The notes under the pieces: model-generated
Database searches by the model: none
Seen by the model: the letters and a program-made list of their open reading frames with translations, nothing else
Told to the model about the DNA's origin: nothing
Translations under genes and position numbers: made by a program
Source: an uncultured archaeon
Lineage (GTDB): Archaea > Asgardarchaeota > Thorarchaeia > Thorarchaeales > Thorarchaeaceae
DNA: 37,000 nucleotides
Direction: 5' to 3'
NCBI GenBank assembly: GCA_964590575.1
Contig: CAZPWM010000027.1
Location: 1-37,000, forward strand
Shown: positions 27,814 to 37,000 of the stretch, one piece after another
How the letters are laid out: each line of letters begins with the position of its first letter
Position numbering within the stretch: the stretch's first letter is position 1

Positions 27814-28962
27814 ATGATGAGAAACAAACTTGTCTATCCCTATTCAAATGCACTCTTAGATTATGAGTTTAAAAAAGACCACCCGTTAAAACCGGATAGA
27901 TTGAAGCTAACATATCTTCTCTCTAAGCAACTTGGGTTATTAGATAAAGTGAAAGAGATAGAACCAAATCCTGCCTCAAGGCAAGAACTCGAACTGTTTC
28001 ATTCGTCAGAGTTCATTGATGCAGTTGAGGATAGTGGTAAAAACAACAACATACATCCTCGATACGGTCTCGGCACTTCTGACAATCCCATCTTTCCTTT
28101 GATACATGATGCAGGAGCAAGATATGTTGGGGCCACGCTAGATGCGATGAGAGCCATTATGAATGGAGCATCGAACGCGTTCTGTATCTCGGGTGGACTT
28201 CATCATGCACACGAGAGTGCAGCCTCTGGTTTTTGTATATACAACGATGCTGCAATCGCAATCAAGATGCTTCAACAGAAAAAAACACGCAAAGTATTGT
28301 ATTTCGATTTCGATGCGCATCACGGAGACGGTGTCCAAAATGCCTTCTACAGGTCTAAGGACGTCATGACAATCTCCGTGCATCAAACAGGAAAGACTCT
28401 CTTTCCCGGAACTGGGTTCATCTATGAAACCGGTGGTGCTGAGGGGGTCGGATATTCAGTGAACGTTCCGCTATTACCTGGTGCAGGAACTCCCGAACTG
28501 ATTCGCGTTTTCGATGAGGTTGTTGTTCCACTCTTTGAGTCCTTCAAGCCAGACCTTCTTGTAACTCAAATGGGGGTTGATGGGCATTATTTGGATCCTT
28601 TAGCTAATTTGGCTTACACATCATACGGTTTCGAAACTATAATCCGAAAACTTCGAGACATGTCATCCGATATCTGCAAACTTGGTTGGCTTGGTGTGGG
28701 TGGAGGAGGATATCACCCAGTCAACGTTGCTCGGCTATGGACATTATTTCTCGCAGTGATGCTTGATGAAGATGTACCTCATGAGATACCTACAGAGTTC
28801 AAAGAAGCATGTATCCAATTAGGATATCAGGACATCCCAGACCTCATGAGAGATGAGGAGGAAGTAGTCCAGATGTACGTCCCTAGTGAGGAGGTTGCCC
28901 TTGATCTTGAGAGAACAATTCGTAGGGTGATTGAATTGATATTTCCATATCATGGACTCTGA
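27814..28962 (+). CDS. acuC: Zn-dependent histone-deacetylase family protein (AcuC/class I-like)
   Basis: 'HPLKP.R', 'GGLHHA', 'SGFCIYND', 'DFDAHHGDG', 'FPGTG', 'NVPL', 'GVDGH..DP', 'GGGGY'. Confidence 0.92.
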   Translation: MMRNKLVYPYSNALLDYEFKKDHPLKPDRLKLTYLLSKQLGLLDKVKEIEPNPASRQELELFHSSEFIDAVEDSGKNNNIHPRYGLGTSDNPIFPLIHDAGARYVGATLDAMRAIMNGASNAFCISGGLHHAHESAASGFCIYNDAAIAIKMLQQKKTRKVLYFDFDAHHGDGVQNAFYRSKDVMTISVHQTGKTLFPGTGFIYETGGAEGVGYSVNVPLLPGAGTPELIRVFDEVVVPLFESFKPDLLVTQMGVDGHYLDPLANLAYTSYGFETIIRKLRDMSSDICKLGWLGVGGGGYHPVNVARLWTLFLAVMLDEDVPHEIPTEFKEACIQLGYQDIPDLMRDEEEVVQMYVPSEEVALDLERTIRRVIELIFPYHGL

Positions 28963-28964
28963 AC

Positions 28965-29606
28965 TCAATCTTCAAATGACGTAGATAGTGAGATGTCAAT
29001 CCATTTTCGGATCAATTTTACTACCATATCAGATGTTGCGGCTATTATTATCGAATCTGCATCCTCGCTTAGCAATGATGATGGATCCACTCCAGATTGA
29101 GCAACTCTAAGAAGAGCAGGATAGCAAAGAAAACCAAGACCCTCAATAATATTCAAGTTATCTGAACCCGATATCTTCAAACTACTGCCAAGCGCTTCAA
29201 ACGGTGATAGCTTAGGATCGCTGTCACAGATAGCTATGAGTGTGTCATAAGTAGCAATGAAGATCACATCAGGTTCAATGCATTCATCGTATACGGTGGT
29301 TTTTCCCCTTTCAAAGACAATCGAGTACTCTTCATCAGTATCTGATGGTTTTAGACAAATAGTCAAGTTTCTAAAGGAGTCTTGTACAGAACTGATATGC
29401 CCTTCAAAATCCTCCTCTGACATCTTATCCAAGAACTGTGCTTTCTCAAGACTGACATTGAGGGCAGCCCTACATCCATCTACAACAGGACCTAGATACT
29501 CCATGAGCATAAACCGATCACTGTTGATATTCTGAGAGATATGTCTTAGGCTCCTCTCTAGATTCCTTATTTGATCATCATCGCTCAAATGAATCAGCTC
29601 GAGCAA
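28965..29606 (-). CDS. Hypothetical protein with SCP2 (sterol-carrier)-like domain
   Basis: 'YSIVFERGKTTV...EPDVIFIATYDTLIAI.....LSPFEALGSSLKISG' resembles the SCP2 consensus (PDVT...D..TL.....L.P..A...LKI.G). Confidence 0.5.
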   Translation of the reverse strand: MLELIHLSDDDQIRNLERSLRHISQNINSDRFMLMEYLGPVVDGCRAALNVSLEKAQFLDKMSEEDFEGHISSVQDSFRNLTICLKPSDTDEEYSIVFERGKTTVYDECIEPDVIFIATYDTLIAICDSDPKLSPFEALGSSLKISGSDNLNIIEGLGFLCYPALLRVAQSGVDPSSLLSEDADSIIIAATSDMVVKLIRKWIDISLSTSFED

Positions 29607-29697
29607 GGGTACTCAAACCGCTTTTTAGAGGTGCTGCTATTGACAGGTATGTCATACATGAATAGAAAAGTGATTTAGTGAACTCAAACTAGAGTTA

Positions 29698-30456
29698 TTG
29701 ATGACTACTGACATACACACTCATCTCGGGATGGGTCGGACAGAAGTTTCCGAGGTTACTAGTGATAACTATGTAGAGCATGTTGACATGTTGATCTCAA
29801 GAATGGATACATTTGGTATCGATAAGGCGGTCCTTACACCTCATGAACCAATAACTTGTACTGATCTGTACATTGAAGCGTCTATGATTTATCCAGACCG
29901 ATTATTCTCTGCATGTTCAATTGTATCTAGACCAATTGACATGGCAAAACAAAAGCTTCATGACTTCATAGACAAGGGATGTGTTGCTCTGGTTTTAGAT
30001 GAAAAAACCTATCATCCACAAGACCCTGCTGCGGAAGCCCTAGTATATGAGGCTGTCAGGAAAGACCTGCCTATCTACATAAATAACGATATCATGACGA
30101 GCGAAACAATAACATTCTTAGATCGCATTTCGATTCTTCATAATGAAGGAAAATTTGTAGTTTTAAACATGGGAGGATTGTTCGGGTTCCCACAAATCAT
30201 TCCTCTGATGTCAAGGTCAAATATTTGGCTTGAATTATCAACAACTTTCTACAAACTCGTGGAATCACCATTGCGGGTATTCCTCGACGCCGTGGTTCAA
30301 GATTTTGGAGTTAGAAAACTCGTTTTTGGTTCAGGATATCATAGTCAATATCCAGACATTATGGCAGCGTTGAACATGATTGATCTCAATATTGAAACAA
30401 TCAGACTAATCATGAAAGAGAATGCTTGGTTGATTCTTGGTTTGGCTTTCGCTTAG
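29698..30456 (+). CDS. Amidohydrolase_2-family TIM-barrel protein with degenerate metal site
   Basis: 'DIHTHLG', 'MD.FGID.AVL', 'YPDRL', 'LPIY', 'NIWLELS', 'KLVFGS', 'IMKENA..IL'. Confidence 0.8.
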   Translation: MMTTDIHTHLGMGRTEVSEVTSDNYVEHVDMLISRMDTFGIDKAVLTPHEPITCTDLYIEASMIYPDRLFSACSIVSRPIDMAKQKLHDFIDKGCVALVLDEKTYHPQDPAAEALVYEAVRKDLPIYINNDIMTSETITFLDRISILHNEGKFVVLNMGGLFGFPQIIPLMSRSNIWLELSTTFYKLVESPLRVFLDAVVQDFGVRKLVFGSGYHSQYPDIMAALNMIDLNIETIRLIMKENAWLILGLAFA

Positions 30457-30458
30457 TT

Positions 30459-30803
30459 CTAACTTGCCAGCATAGTCTGGTGAAGTAATAGTTCGATATC
30501 CTCAGAGCTGGGTAGTCCGATAATTTGTGAGTTGCCAATTAGTATCATTGGCAATGCAATGACATTGAGAGCTTCAATAATCTCAGGCTGTTCCTCAACT
30601 GAGGTTTCTATAACCTCAATAGGCATGTTAAGTTGGCGGAACTTTCTTGCAGCTTCCCTTGCGGCTTCAAGAGCTTCATTGCAGAAAGCGCAAGATGCGC
30701 TCGTGAATACGTTAATCCTTAAAGATTCAGACTCCTTGTAGAACGTATCCACGCTCTCCCACCCAGCTAATTCATTTCTCTGCATCATGGTCTCGTACTC
30801 CAA
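30459..30803 (-). CDS. Archaeal thioredoxin/glutaredoxin-like protein
   Basis: 'VFTSASCAFC' CxxC, cis-Pro 'IALPMILI', 'IGLP'. Confidence 0.85.
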   Translation of the reverse strand: MEYETMMQRNELAGWESVDTFYKESESLRINVFTSASCAFCNEALEAAREAARKFRQLNMPIEVIETSVEEQPEIIEALNVIALPMILIGNSQIIGLPSSEDIELLLHQTMLAS

Positions 30804-30832
30804 ATTTGTATCCGCGAGAGTAGAGTGATTTC

Positions 30833-31066
30833 CTACTCAGCAAAAACTGGGGGCTTTAAACGGATATGTTCTGATACTGAATCAACTGCTTTTAGTGGAA
30901 TAGCTTCCCATGTGCTCTTGTTCTCTGATTCAGTTCCACGTTCAACTATCACAAGAGGGCCGTTACTTTCGTCAAACCACACTTTCCTTACTTTGCCCAA
31001 AGGAAATCCTCTGAAATCAGTCACAATCTTCCCTTTCAGCAACCATTTCATCTCTTCGCGTTCCAT
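30833..31066 (-). CDS. PRC-barrel domain protein
   Basis: 'LLKGKIVTDFRG..LGKVRKVWFD....LVIVE.....AIPLKAV.SVSEHIRLK'. Start uncertain (31051-31090). Confidence 0.75.
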   Translation of the reverse strand: MEREEMKWLLKGKIVTDFRGFPLGKVRKVWFDESNGPLVIVERGTESENKSTWEAIPLKAVDSVSEHIRLKPPVFAE

Positions 31067-31174
31067 TGTGCTCAACAAGTTGTTTATCACTTAGACATAG
31101 AAGAGCGTGTGTACTACGTGGACTATTCTAGCGTAACACTTACTAGGGTTGAAAAATCTAACCGAAATTTTTGG

Positions 31175-31780
31175 TTAGTTCCCCGGGTTTGTTTGATTGT
31201 CCTCGTTTTTGTCCTCATATCCCCAATCCACAATTATGTCACTGTCAGTAGGTAGGAATGAACCAGCGACGAAATATCCAGCAATCCCCATTGCCAGACC
31301 GAGGATATTCATAGATCCCCCAATGAGTATCCATAGTCTGGAGTCGCTTACTTGTTTAAAACCTAGGTCAATCCTACCGATACCAATTAATTGACCAACA
31401 GTAATCGTATAATTTCCATAGGGAACATCAACTATTGTACTACCTTGGAGAAATGTTGCATCGTTTGTTTCAACTATGTTGTCTGCATTCAATGATATAT
31501 TGACGATGATTGTGTCAAGTGTCGTATTTTCCTTGAGTACACACCCAATCTCTACATTCGTCGAATTTCCAAGCCTCATTGAAACAGAAATTTCAAGCTG
31601 GGGGTAGAATCCAGTTTGGTCCAATACGCTGAATGTTCGTTGATCATTCTCAATGATTGCGTAACTGATAAAGTGATATGGAGCCATCAACACAATAGCT
31701 CCACCAATTAGAATAATTGCAGCACCACCGAAGTAGAGAAATGCTTTCTTGCTAAACCAGACACTGCCCATCGATTTCAA
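31175..31780 (-). CDS. Hypothetical membrane protein (2 TM flanking a beta-rich extracellular domain)
   Basis: N- and C-terminal hydrophobic helices; central region carries several N-x-S/T sequons. Confidence 0.7.
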   Translation of the reverse strand: MKSMGSVWFSKKAFLYFGGAAIILIGGAIVLMAPYHFISYAIIENDQRTFSVLDQTGFYPQLEISVSMRLGNSTNVEIGCVLKENTTLDTIIVNISLNADNIVETNDATFLQGSTIVDVPYGNYTITVGQLIGIGRIDLGFKQVSDSRLWILIGGSMNILGLAMGIAGYFVAGSFLPTDSDIIVDWGYEDKNEDNQTNPGN

Positions 31781-31851
31781 CCGAAGTCTACACAGCGTTT
31801 ATAGAATATAGATGTAACGAACAATGTAATCATGTGCGGAGGCTCCTAAGA

Positions 31852-33525
31852 ATGACCGAATTTGTCGTGCTTGCAGAAGTTCTTGATAGAATCAGTAAGA
31901 CAAAGAAGAGGAGTGAGATAGTGACTCTAGCAGGAGAGTTCCTTCGCAAGGTTGAAACTGATGAGGTTAACCAAGCAGCACTCTTCCTGAGCGGAAAGAT
32001 ATTTGCCGAAAGAAACCAAAGATCGCTCAATATTTCCTGGAAAGGACTTTTAAATTCTCTCAAAAGAATTATTGATATCGATGAAAAGACTCTCTCTGCT
32101 GCTTATGAAGGAGATACCGGTGAAGCAATTGCCAAAGTTCTAGAAGACGCGAAAGAAAAGCATCAGTCTACTCTGCACTCAGAACCACTATCGATAGCAA
32201 TAGTCAGTACGACCTTGAAAAAGATTGCAGATATTCAGGGAAAGGGATCTGGAAAAGAGAAACAGTCTCTACTCGCCGGTTTATTCATGGATGCTTCTCC
32301 TAAAGAGGCGAAATATCTTGCGGCATTAGTGTTGGAAGATATGAGAACAGGACTTGCAGAAGGATTACTTGCAGAAAGTATAGCATTTGCATTTGGTGTA
32401 GATTCAGCACTTGTGAGAAGGGCTTGGAGCTTCAATGGCAATCTTGGAGAAGTGGCAAGGCTTGCTTCTGAGGGAGGATCAGACACTCTACAAGCAGTAT
32501 CGGTTCAAGTCATGCGTGGACTCAAACCCATGCTCGCTAGTCCCATTCAAGACATAGAATCATTATTCGAGTCTCAACCGAGCAAGTACTCCTTTGAATT
32601 CAAATTAGATGGAGCAAGAGTTCAGATTCACAAGAGTGGCAATGAAGTTCGGATTTTCTCGAGACGGTTGAGTGATGTCACAAATAGTCTTCCAGACATA
32701 GTGCAAGTAGTGAGAGAGGGAATCAACTCAGAAATTGTTATTCTTGATGGAGAAGTCTTAGCAGTTGATGATGAGGGAACACCATTCCCGTTCCAAGTTG
32801 TTATGAAGAGATTTGGTCGATCTCGTGATATTGAAGATGCATTCAAAGATGCTCGTCTTGCGCTTGTCTTGTTTGATATCCTTCTCATTGATGATGTTCA
32901 GCTAGTTGATGAAGATTATTCAGAGAGGCGACGAAGGCTTGAAGAGATAGTACCTGCTAAACTTCTAGTAGATAATCTAGTAACAGAAGAGATTGATTCC
33001 GCGCAAGCGTTCTTCAAGAAGAGCCAGGAGCTCGGACATGAAGGTCTTGTAGCTAAGAAACTGGAATCACGCTACATCCCGGGAGTGCGTGGAAAACACT
33101 GGTTTAAGATTAAACATACGCTGGACACTTTGGATTTAGTAATTGTAGCAGCAGAGTGGGGGCATGGTCGACGTAAAGATTGGCTTTCTGATTATCACTT
33201 GGCGGTACGAGATGAAGAATCTGGTGAGTTCAAGGTCGTTGGTAAAACATACAAAGGATTCACTGATAAAGAATTCCAGGAAATCACTCAGAAACTACTA
33301 AATCTAAAGGTAGGATCTCATAGACATATTGTTCAAGTCAAACCAGAAATTGTTGTAGAAGTGATTGCCTCCGAGATTCAAGAAAGTCCCACATATGAGT
33401 CGGGTATGGCATTGCGATTTGCGAGGATTAGTCAAGTCCGCGGCGACAAAGGACCAATGGATGCGATGACATTGGTTGAATTGAGAGATCTCTATGACAG
33501 GCAGTTCCGCTTTAAGGCACGCTGA
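31852..33525 (+). CDS. lig: ATP-dependent DNA ligase (archaeal)
   Basis: 'KPMLA', motif I 'EFKLDGAR', 'ILDGE', 'FDIL', 'EGLVAK', 'WFKIK', 'LDLV...AEWG.GRR', 'ALRFAR...R.DK'. Confidence 0.97.
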   Translation: MTEFVVLAEVLDRISKTKKRSEIVTLAGEFLRKVETDEVNQAALFLSGKIFAERNQRSLNISWKGLLNSLKRIIDIDEKTLSAAYEGDTGEAIAKVLEDAKEKHQSTLHSEPLSIAIVSTTLKKIADIQGKGSGKEKQSLLAGLFMDASPKEAKYLAALVLEDMRTGLAEGLLAESIAFAFGVDSALVRRAWSFNGNLGEVARLASEGGSDTLQAVSVQVMRGLKPMLASPIQDIESLFESQPSKYSFEFKLDGARVQIHKSGNEVRIFSRRLSDVTNSLPDIVQVVREGINSEIVILDGEVLAVDDEGTPFPFQVVMKRFGRSRDIEDAFKDARLALVLFDILLIDDVQLVDEDYSERRRRLEEIVPAKLLVDNLVTEEIDSAQAFFKKSQELGHEGLVAKKLESRYIPGVRGKHWFKIKHTLDTLDLVIVAAEWGHGRRKDWLSDYHLAVRDEESGEFKVVGKTYKGFTDKEFQEITQKLLNLKVGSHRHIVQVKPEIVVEVIASEIQESPTYESGMALRFARISQVRGDKGPMDAMTLVELRDLYDRQFRFKAR

Positions 33526-33539
33526 AACCAGTTTATATA
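33526..33539 (+). promoter_or_regulatory. Putative TATA box for the TGT-like gene
   Basis: AACCAGTTTATATA immediately after the lig stop; TTTATATA is a consensus archaeal TATA box. Confidence 0.45.
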
Positions 33540-33598
33540 CCATTGAAAGACAACAGAACTGTGGAGCTGTTCCTTGGCATGGGGACAGCAGGGGGCAT

Positions 33599-34687
33599 TT
33601 GTATTTGAGGGCGAAAGGAAAATCCCAAAGACTATCTCGACTTATACCAAAATTTCACTTTTGCTCAGTTTCATTGTTTCGGGAAGAACCGCTAATCAAC
33701 TGGACGTATACAGATGCGGTCCTTTTCACAGCCTATGACGTATTCCGGTCTGATGACTTCTGGCTGGATATGGTTGTAAGCTCAGGTGCAACACTGAAAG
33801 AAGCACTTATCGATCTTGGTTTTCCGAAGACAAACTCTCTCGTTGTCGATACAGGTGTGTTTGAGATTGAAGCAAAGAAGGCAGGAATATCTAGAGACCT
33901 AGGAATTGATGTCGACATACAATTGACTAACGCACAGATATTCGAGGCGTACGAGTTATCTGGTGCAGACTTCTTTGTCGCGCCTGATGAGATTATTCTT
34001 CCGTTGGATGGTCCCGAAACTGTCAAAGAGAAGATAGATGTCATCAAGGGGAATCTTATAGATCTCCTCGAAATCGTTCCCGCATCAAAGGTCGTTGCAG
34101 TAATTCAAGGACAGCAGAGAGAGGTTGTAGATGGTCTTCTTGATTTCTATCGAGAGAATGGGATTGTGTTTTTCGCTGTTGGAGGGGTGATTCCGTTGTA
34201 TTATCATGATGAGGACCTCTTGCAGAGGCACCTAAACTTTGTAAGAGAATCTACGAAAAAAGAGTGGTTGCATATCTTTGGCTTACCACAGCTGTCTTTA
34301 CTCTCGTATTATCTACATGAAGTGCGAGTTGATAGTGTGGATACATCAACACTCACATATCTGACAGCGCGTAGAAAATACCTAATGGGTCTAACACCAA
34401 AACCAGTTAGATTGGCCAATTTTGAAGATTGCGATTGTCAAGGGTGTGATGCACTTTCCAAAGATATGTCACCTAGGAGTCCAAAATTCTTTGCGAATCT
34501 GTATATTCACAACATAGTGACAGCCACAAAAGAGAGTCTAAAGAAAAAAGAGATCAAGGTAGCAGGGATACCAAAGACGACTAAATCCAAAAAAAGATCG
34601 ATTGATCTATTCTCAAATTCCATTGATGTTCATAAAAAAAGCTGGATGACAGCTGACGAGGTCTTAAAGGATAAGAAAAGTGACTAA
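33599..34687 (+). CDS. Divergent tRNA-guanine transglycosylase (TGT)-fold protein
   Basis: 'VDTGVF' (DSGGF equivalent), 'APDE', 'VIQG', 'AVGGVIP', 'HIFG', 'VDSVDTS' (nucleophile Asp), Zn site 'CDCQGC-x20-HN'. Start uncertain (ATG 33494 or TTG 33599). Confidence 0.8.
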   Translation: MYLRAKGKSQRLSRLIPKFHFCSVSLFREEPLINWTYTDAVLFTAYDVFRSDDFWLDMVVSSGATLKEALIDLGFPKTNSLVVDTGVFEIEAKKAGISRDLGIDVDIQLTNAQIFEAYELSGADFFVAPDEIILPLDGPETVKEKIDVIKGNLIDLLEIVPASKVVAVIQGQQREVVDGLLDFYRENGIVFFAVGGVIPLYYHDEDLLQRHLNFVRESTKKEWLHIFGLPQLSLLSYYLHEVRVDSVDTSTLTYLTARRKYLMGLTPKPVRLANFEDCDCQGCDALSKDMSPRSPKFFANLYIHNIVTATKESLKKKEIKVAGIPKTTKSKKRSIDLFSNSIDVHKKSWMTADEVLKDKKSD

Positions 34688-34801
34688 TAAACTAGAGAAT
34701 GTACATTGACCGGAAGTGGAACTCAATCGTAGGCATTGACCGTGAGCTTTATAGGTGCAACTTGTCGGGAAAGGAACCATACGCACATGGAGTCCTCTGC
34801 T

Positions 34802-35191
34802 ATGTGGTTTGAGATAATGATATGGCCATTTGTGATAATAGTAGTGCTGTTTTTCATTTTTTGGATTGTACACGAGGGGTCTCGTTGGCAAAAGCACCCT
34901 CAGTTGGGTGCGTTTGCGAGATTCATTCAAGCTTCTCCAGCAAGAGCATTCTTTACCTTCTTGATGCTGTTTATCCTGCTAATCCCAACAGCTCTTATTT
35001 TAATGACAGGAGTGTGGTTGGATAGTCTTGTAAGTATAGCTGGACCTCAGAAGTCTGATGTTGTAGTGGTTATGCTGTTTGTATTCCTTGTGCTAGCTTT
35101 TACATTTCCTGTAATGTACAGCGCTCTTGGTACTTGGCGTAACGCTAAGCGGGCAGAAGCTGAGATGAAAGTTAGACCCACAGAAATGTAA
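34802..35191 (+). CDS. Hypothetical membrane protein (3 TM)
   Basis: Three hydrophobic helices and a basic C-terminal tail. Start uncertain (34787 or 34802). Confidence 0.7.
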   Translation: MWFEIMIWPFVIIVVLFFIFWIVHEGSRWQKHPQLGAFARFIQASPARAFFTFLMLFILLIPTALILMTGVWLDSLVSIAGPQKSDVVVVMLFVFLVLAFTFPVMYSALGTWRNAKRAEAEMKVRPTEM

Positions 35192-35272
35192 AACCAGAAT
35201 AATTATTGGCTGATAGTCCGATATTACGAACTATTCAGCTCATTCATCTTATCAGAATTAGGTTGAGGAAGA

Positions 35273-36184
35273 ATGACTTTTTCCAAACTTGCTGAGGGAG
35301 TCTATGTCGTCATCGGTGGTACCTTTCCAAGATGCAACACTATCGTCGTCATTGCGGATGAAGTGGTAGTCATAGACCCCGGTTGTGCAGTCGAAGACCT
35401 TCGGAAGTTCTTAATGATTCATGACCTTAACCTCAAAGATATTGATACCATCATTCTAAGTCATATACATCCGGATCATATTACTCACACAATGAGACTC
35501 AACCGACTTTCGAACTGTCGAATCGCAGCTAACGACATCACGGCTCCTTTGTTCAATAACAAAGAAGAGATGAAACGATTCCTTGGTTTTGACAAGAGAA
35601 ATCCAGTTCGTAAACTCTGGGAGGATCTTGTAAATGATAAGATGTACGGGGCATTTGACGAAGGGCGAGTGGATGAGGTTCTGAGCGATGGTGACAAGTT
35701 CAGTTTCGGGGACATCACTCTAAGGACTCTTTACGCACCCGGCCACCTTCCAGATCACATGTGCATTGAGATTCTTGAGCCAAATTTAGTATACGCTTCT
35801 GACATCGACCTGACAGAGTTCGGACCCTACTATGGTCATCCTAACTCGTCGATACGTGACTTCAAGAACTCCATTCGAAAGATTCAGCATGGAAAATATG
35901 AGGGGCTCATTAGTGGGCACCTGAAAGACCCCCTCGTTGTAGATTACAAGGATAGACTTACGGCATACTCGCGTCAGATTGGAATGCGAGAAGATCTAGT
36001 GCTCTCTGCTATTCTTGATGGGGCAAAATCAATTCCGGAGATAACAGCCAATCCCATCATCTATCCTTCTCTAATTAATCCGGTCTTTCTTCAATTTGAA
36101 ACGTGGATGATTGAACATCACGTGTCTTCATTACTCGCAAGTGGACTTATTGAGGAAAGTAAAGGGAAACTTACACCTCTTTAG
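35273..36184 (+). CDS. MBL-fold metallo-hydrolase with C-terminal winged-helix-like extension
   Basis: 'VIDPG', 'SHIHPDH' (HxHxDH), 'PGHLPDH', 'SD', 'SGH'. Confidence 0.9.
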   Translation: MTFSKLAEGVYVVIGGTFPRCNTIVVIADEVVVIDPGCAVEDLRKFLMIHDLNLKDIDTIILSHIHPDHITHTMRLNRLSNCRIAANDITAPLFNNKEEMKRFLGFDKRNPVRKLWEDLVNDKMYGAFDEGRVDEVLSDGDKFSFGDITLRTLYAPGHLPDHMCIEILEPNLVYASDIDLTEFGPYYGHPNSSIRDFKNSIRKIQHGKYEGLISGHLKDPLVVDYKDRLTAYSRQIGMREDLVLSAILDGAKSIPEITANPIIYPSLINPVFLQFETWMIEHHVSSLLASGLIEESKGKLTPL

Positions 36185-36867
36185 AGAATTATTGGTAATT
36201 GCAATAGTCCTTCTAGGATTATATAGGGGATGATGATAGCAATCAGCGCTTCAACCAAATTAGATTTCAGTGGAATAAAGGGGAATAGAAAACCAACCTT
36301 CATTCGGTACTTTTTCCATTCCTCACCAAATTTCTTCTCAAGATGCATCTCTTCAGCCCACGCAAGAATAACATATGCGCCCAATGTCAGAATCCAGAGT
36401 ATTTTAGTTTCATCCGCTGTAAGCCAGCCCATACCAAAGGTGTGCTGGAGTATCCAAACACTCTGGTAGGTCATTATCAGAGTGAAGATTATCAGACTAA
36501 AGTATTGAGGGTGACGACAGATACGGTAAGGGCCGCTTGTAACAATGCCCTTTGTTTTTGCTCTCCAAAGATGAATTACTGAATACAATAAAAGAAGAAG
36601 TCCCAGACCTGCACATGTTAGCACAAGTATTGTTCCTGGCTGAGTTATGTCTGGAAAAGGTATTGGTGCTGTGGTTGCATTTCCAAACATCATCATTAGA
36701 TAGATGATGAAGGGGACTGTCATGAGACCGCTCCATGCGCCTAGCGGAGGCAGAGAAGCCATGAATGGTAGAAGATACCCAATGGTGGTGGTCACCTTAG
36801 TCCTTAAGCTCTCAAAGCGATTTTGATTCTCAGATTCAATCGCTGTAGAATCACTCATCATCGACAC
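36181..36867 (-). CDS. Isoprenylcysteine carboxyl methyltransferase / PEMT-like membrane methyltransferase
   Basis: 'IVTSGPYRICRHPQY', 'EEMHLEKKFGEEWKKYRMKV..LFP'; multiple TM helices. Confidence 0.82.
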   Translation of the reverse strand: MSMMSDSTAIESENQNRFESLRTKVTTTIGYLLPFMASLPPLGAWSGLMTVPFIIYLMMMFGNATTAPIPFPDITQPGTILVLTCAGLGLLLLLYSVIHLWRAKTKGIVTSGPYRICRHPQYFSLIIFTLIMTYQSVWILQHTFGMGWLTADETKILWILTLGAYVILAWAEEMHLEKKFGEEWKKYRMKVGFLFPFIPLKSNLVEALIAIIIPYIILEGLLQLPIIL

Positions 36868-37000
36868 CTATGACCAGACTATCTTGACTGCTTATCTAGC
36901 CTTGTTTCTGCGTAAAAGAGTCAGTGTCAAATAACAATAGTTAATAACAAATATATGAATCAAAGTATGCCCTTACTCGGAGGAGTAGAAGTGATCACTA

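Noticed and set aside
5968-28962. Sirtuin, HDAC and AcdA as one acetylation system acting on the tubulin-like protein
   Set aside because: The genes are 9-20 kb apart, in separate transcription units, and common in archaea.
33494-33525. Apparent 32-nt overlap or translational coupling of lig and the TGT-like gene
   Set aside because: A consensus TATA at 33532-33539 and an in-frame TTG at 33599 suggest an independent, later start.
936-36736. The many 60-190 aa ORFs antisense to or overlapping the called genes (e.g. 2676..3158, 3318..3776, 20278..20841)
   Set aside because: They are shadow frames of well-supported genes and show no recognisable motifs.
36181-36867. ICMT-like gene as evidence of eukaryote-type CaaX prenylation
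   Set aside because: The family is widespread in prokaryotes, and no prenyltransferase or CaaX substrate is seen in the window.
36975-37000. GGAGGAG followed by GTG at 36991, a possible next gene start
   Set aside because: Only three codons fall inside the window, so it cannot be supported.
1-37000. tRNA, rRNA, CRISPR arrays, IS elements, integrases
   Set aside because: No cloverleaf or T-loop context, regularly spaced repeats, terminal inverted repeats or transposase ORFs were seen in the short intergenic gaps.

Overview
Gene-dense archaeal chromosomal window, most likely from an Asgard archaeon such as Thorarchaeia. This is inferred from the archaeal ATP-dependent ligase, type-2 IPP isomerase, PurP, ADP-forming acyl-CoA synthetase, TATA-type promoters and several TPR/WD40 proteins. 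Most genes are housekeeping or metabolic. I see no rRNA, tRNA, CRISPR array or mobile element. Three regions stand out. (1) 12.7-20.0 kb: a tight three-gene operon encoding an 896-aa helical-repeat protein, a divergent tubulin/FtsZ-superfamily GTPase with mixed tubulin and FtsZ motifs, and a 355-aa helical protein. It is transcribed divergently from a WD40 beta-propeller + MIT-like helical protein, and is a candidate undescribed cytoskeletal or membrane-remodelling module. (2) 23.3-27.8 kb: a de novo purine operon caught mid-decay, with unannotated purF, purP and purE remnants flanking open purC-purS, purQ and purL genes that carry substitutions at conserved motifs. (3) 33.5-34.7 kb: a stand-alone, divergent TGT-fold transglycosylase next to DNA ligase. 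All family assignments come from motif recognition by eye; no searches were run.
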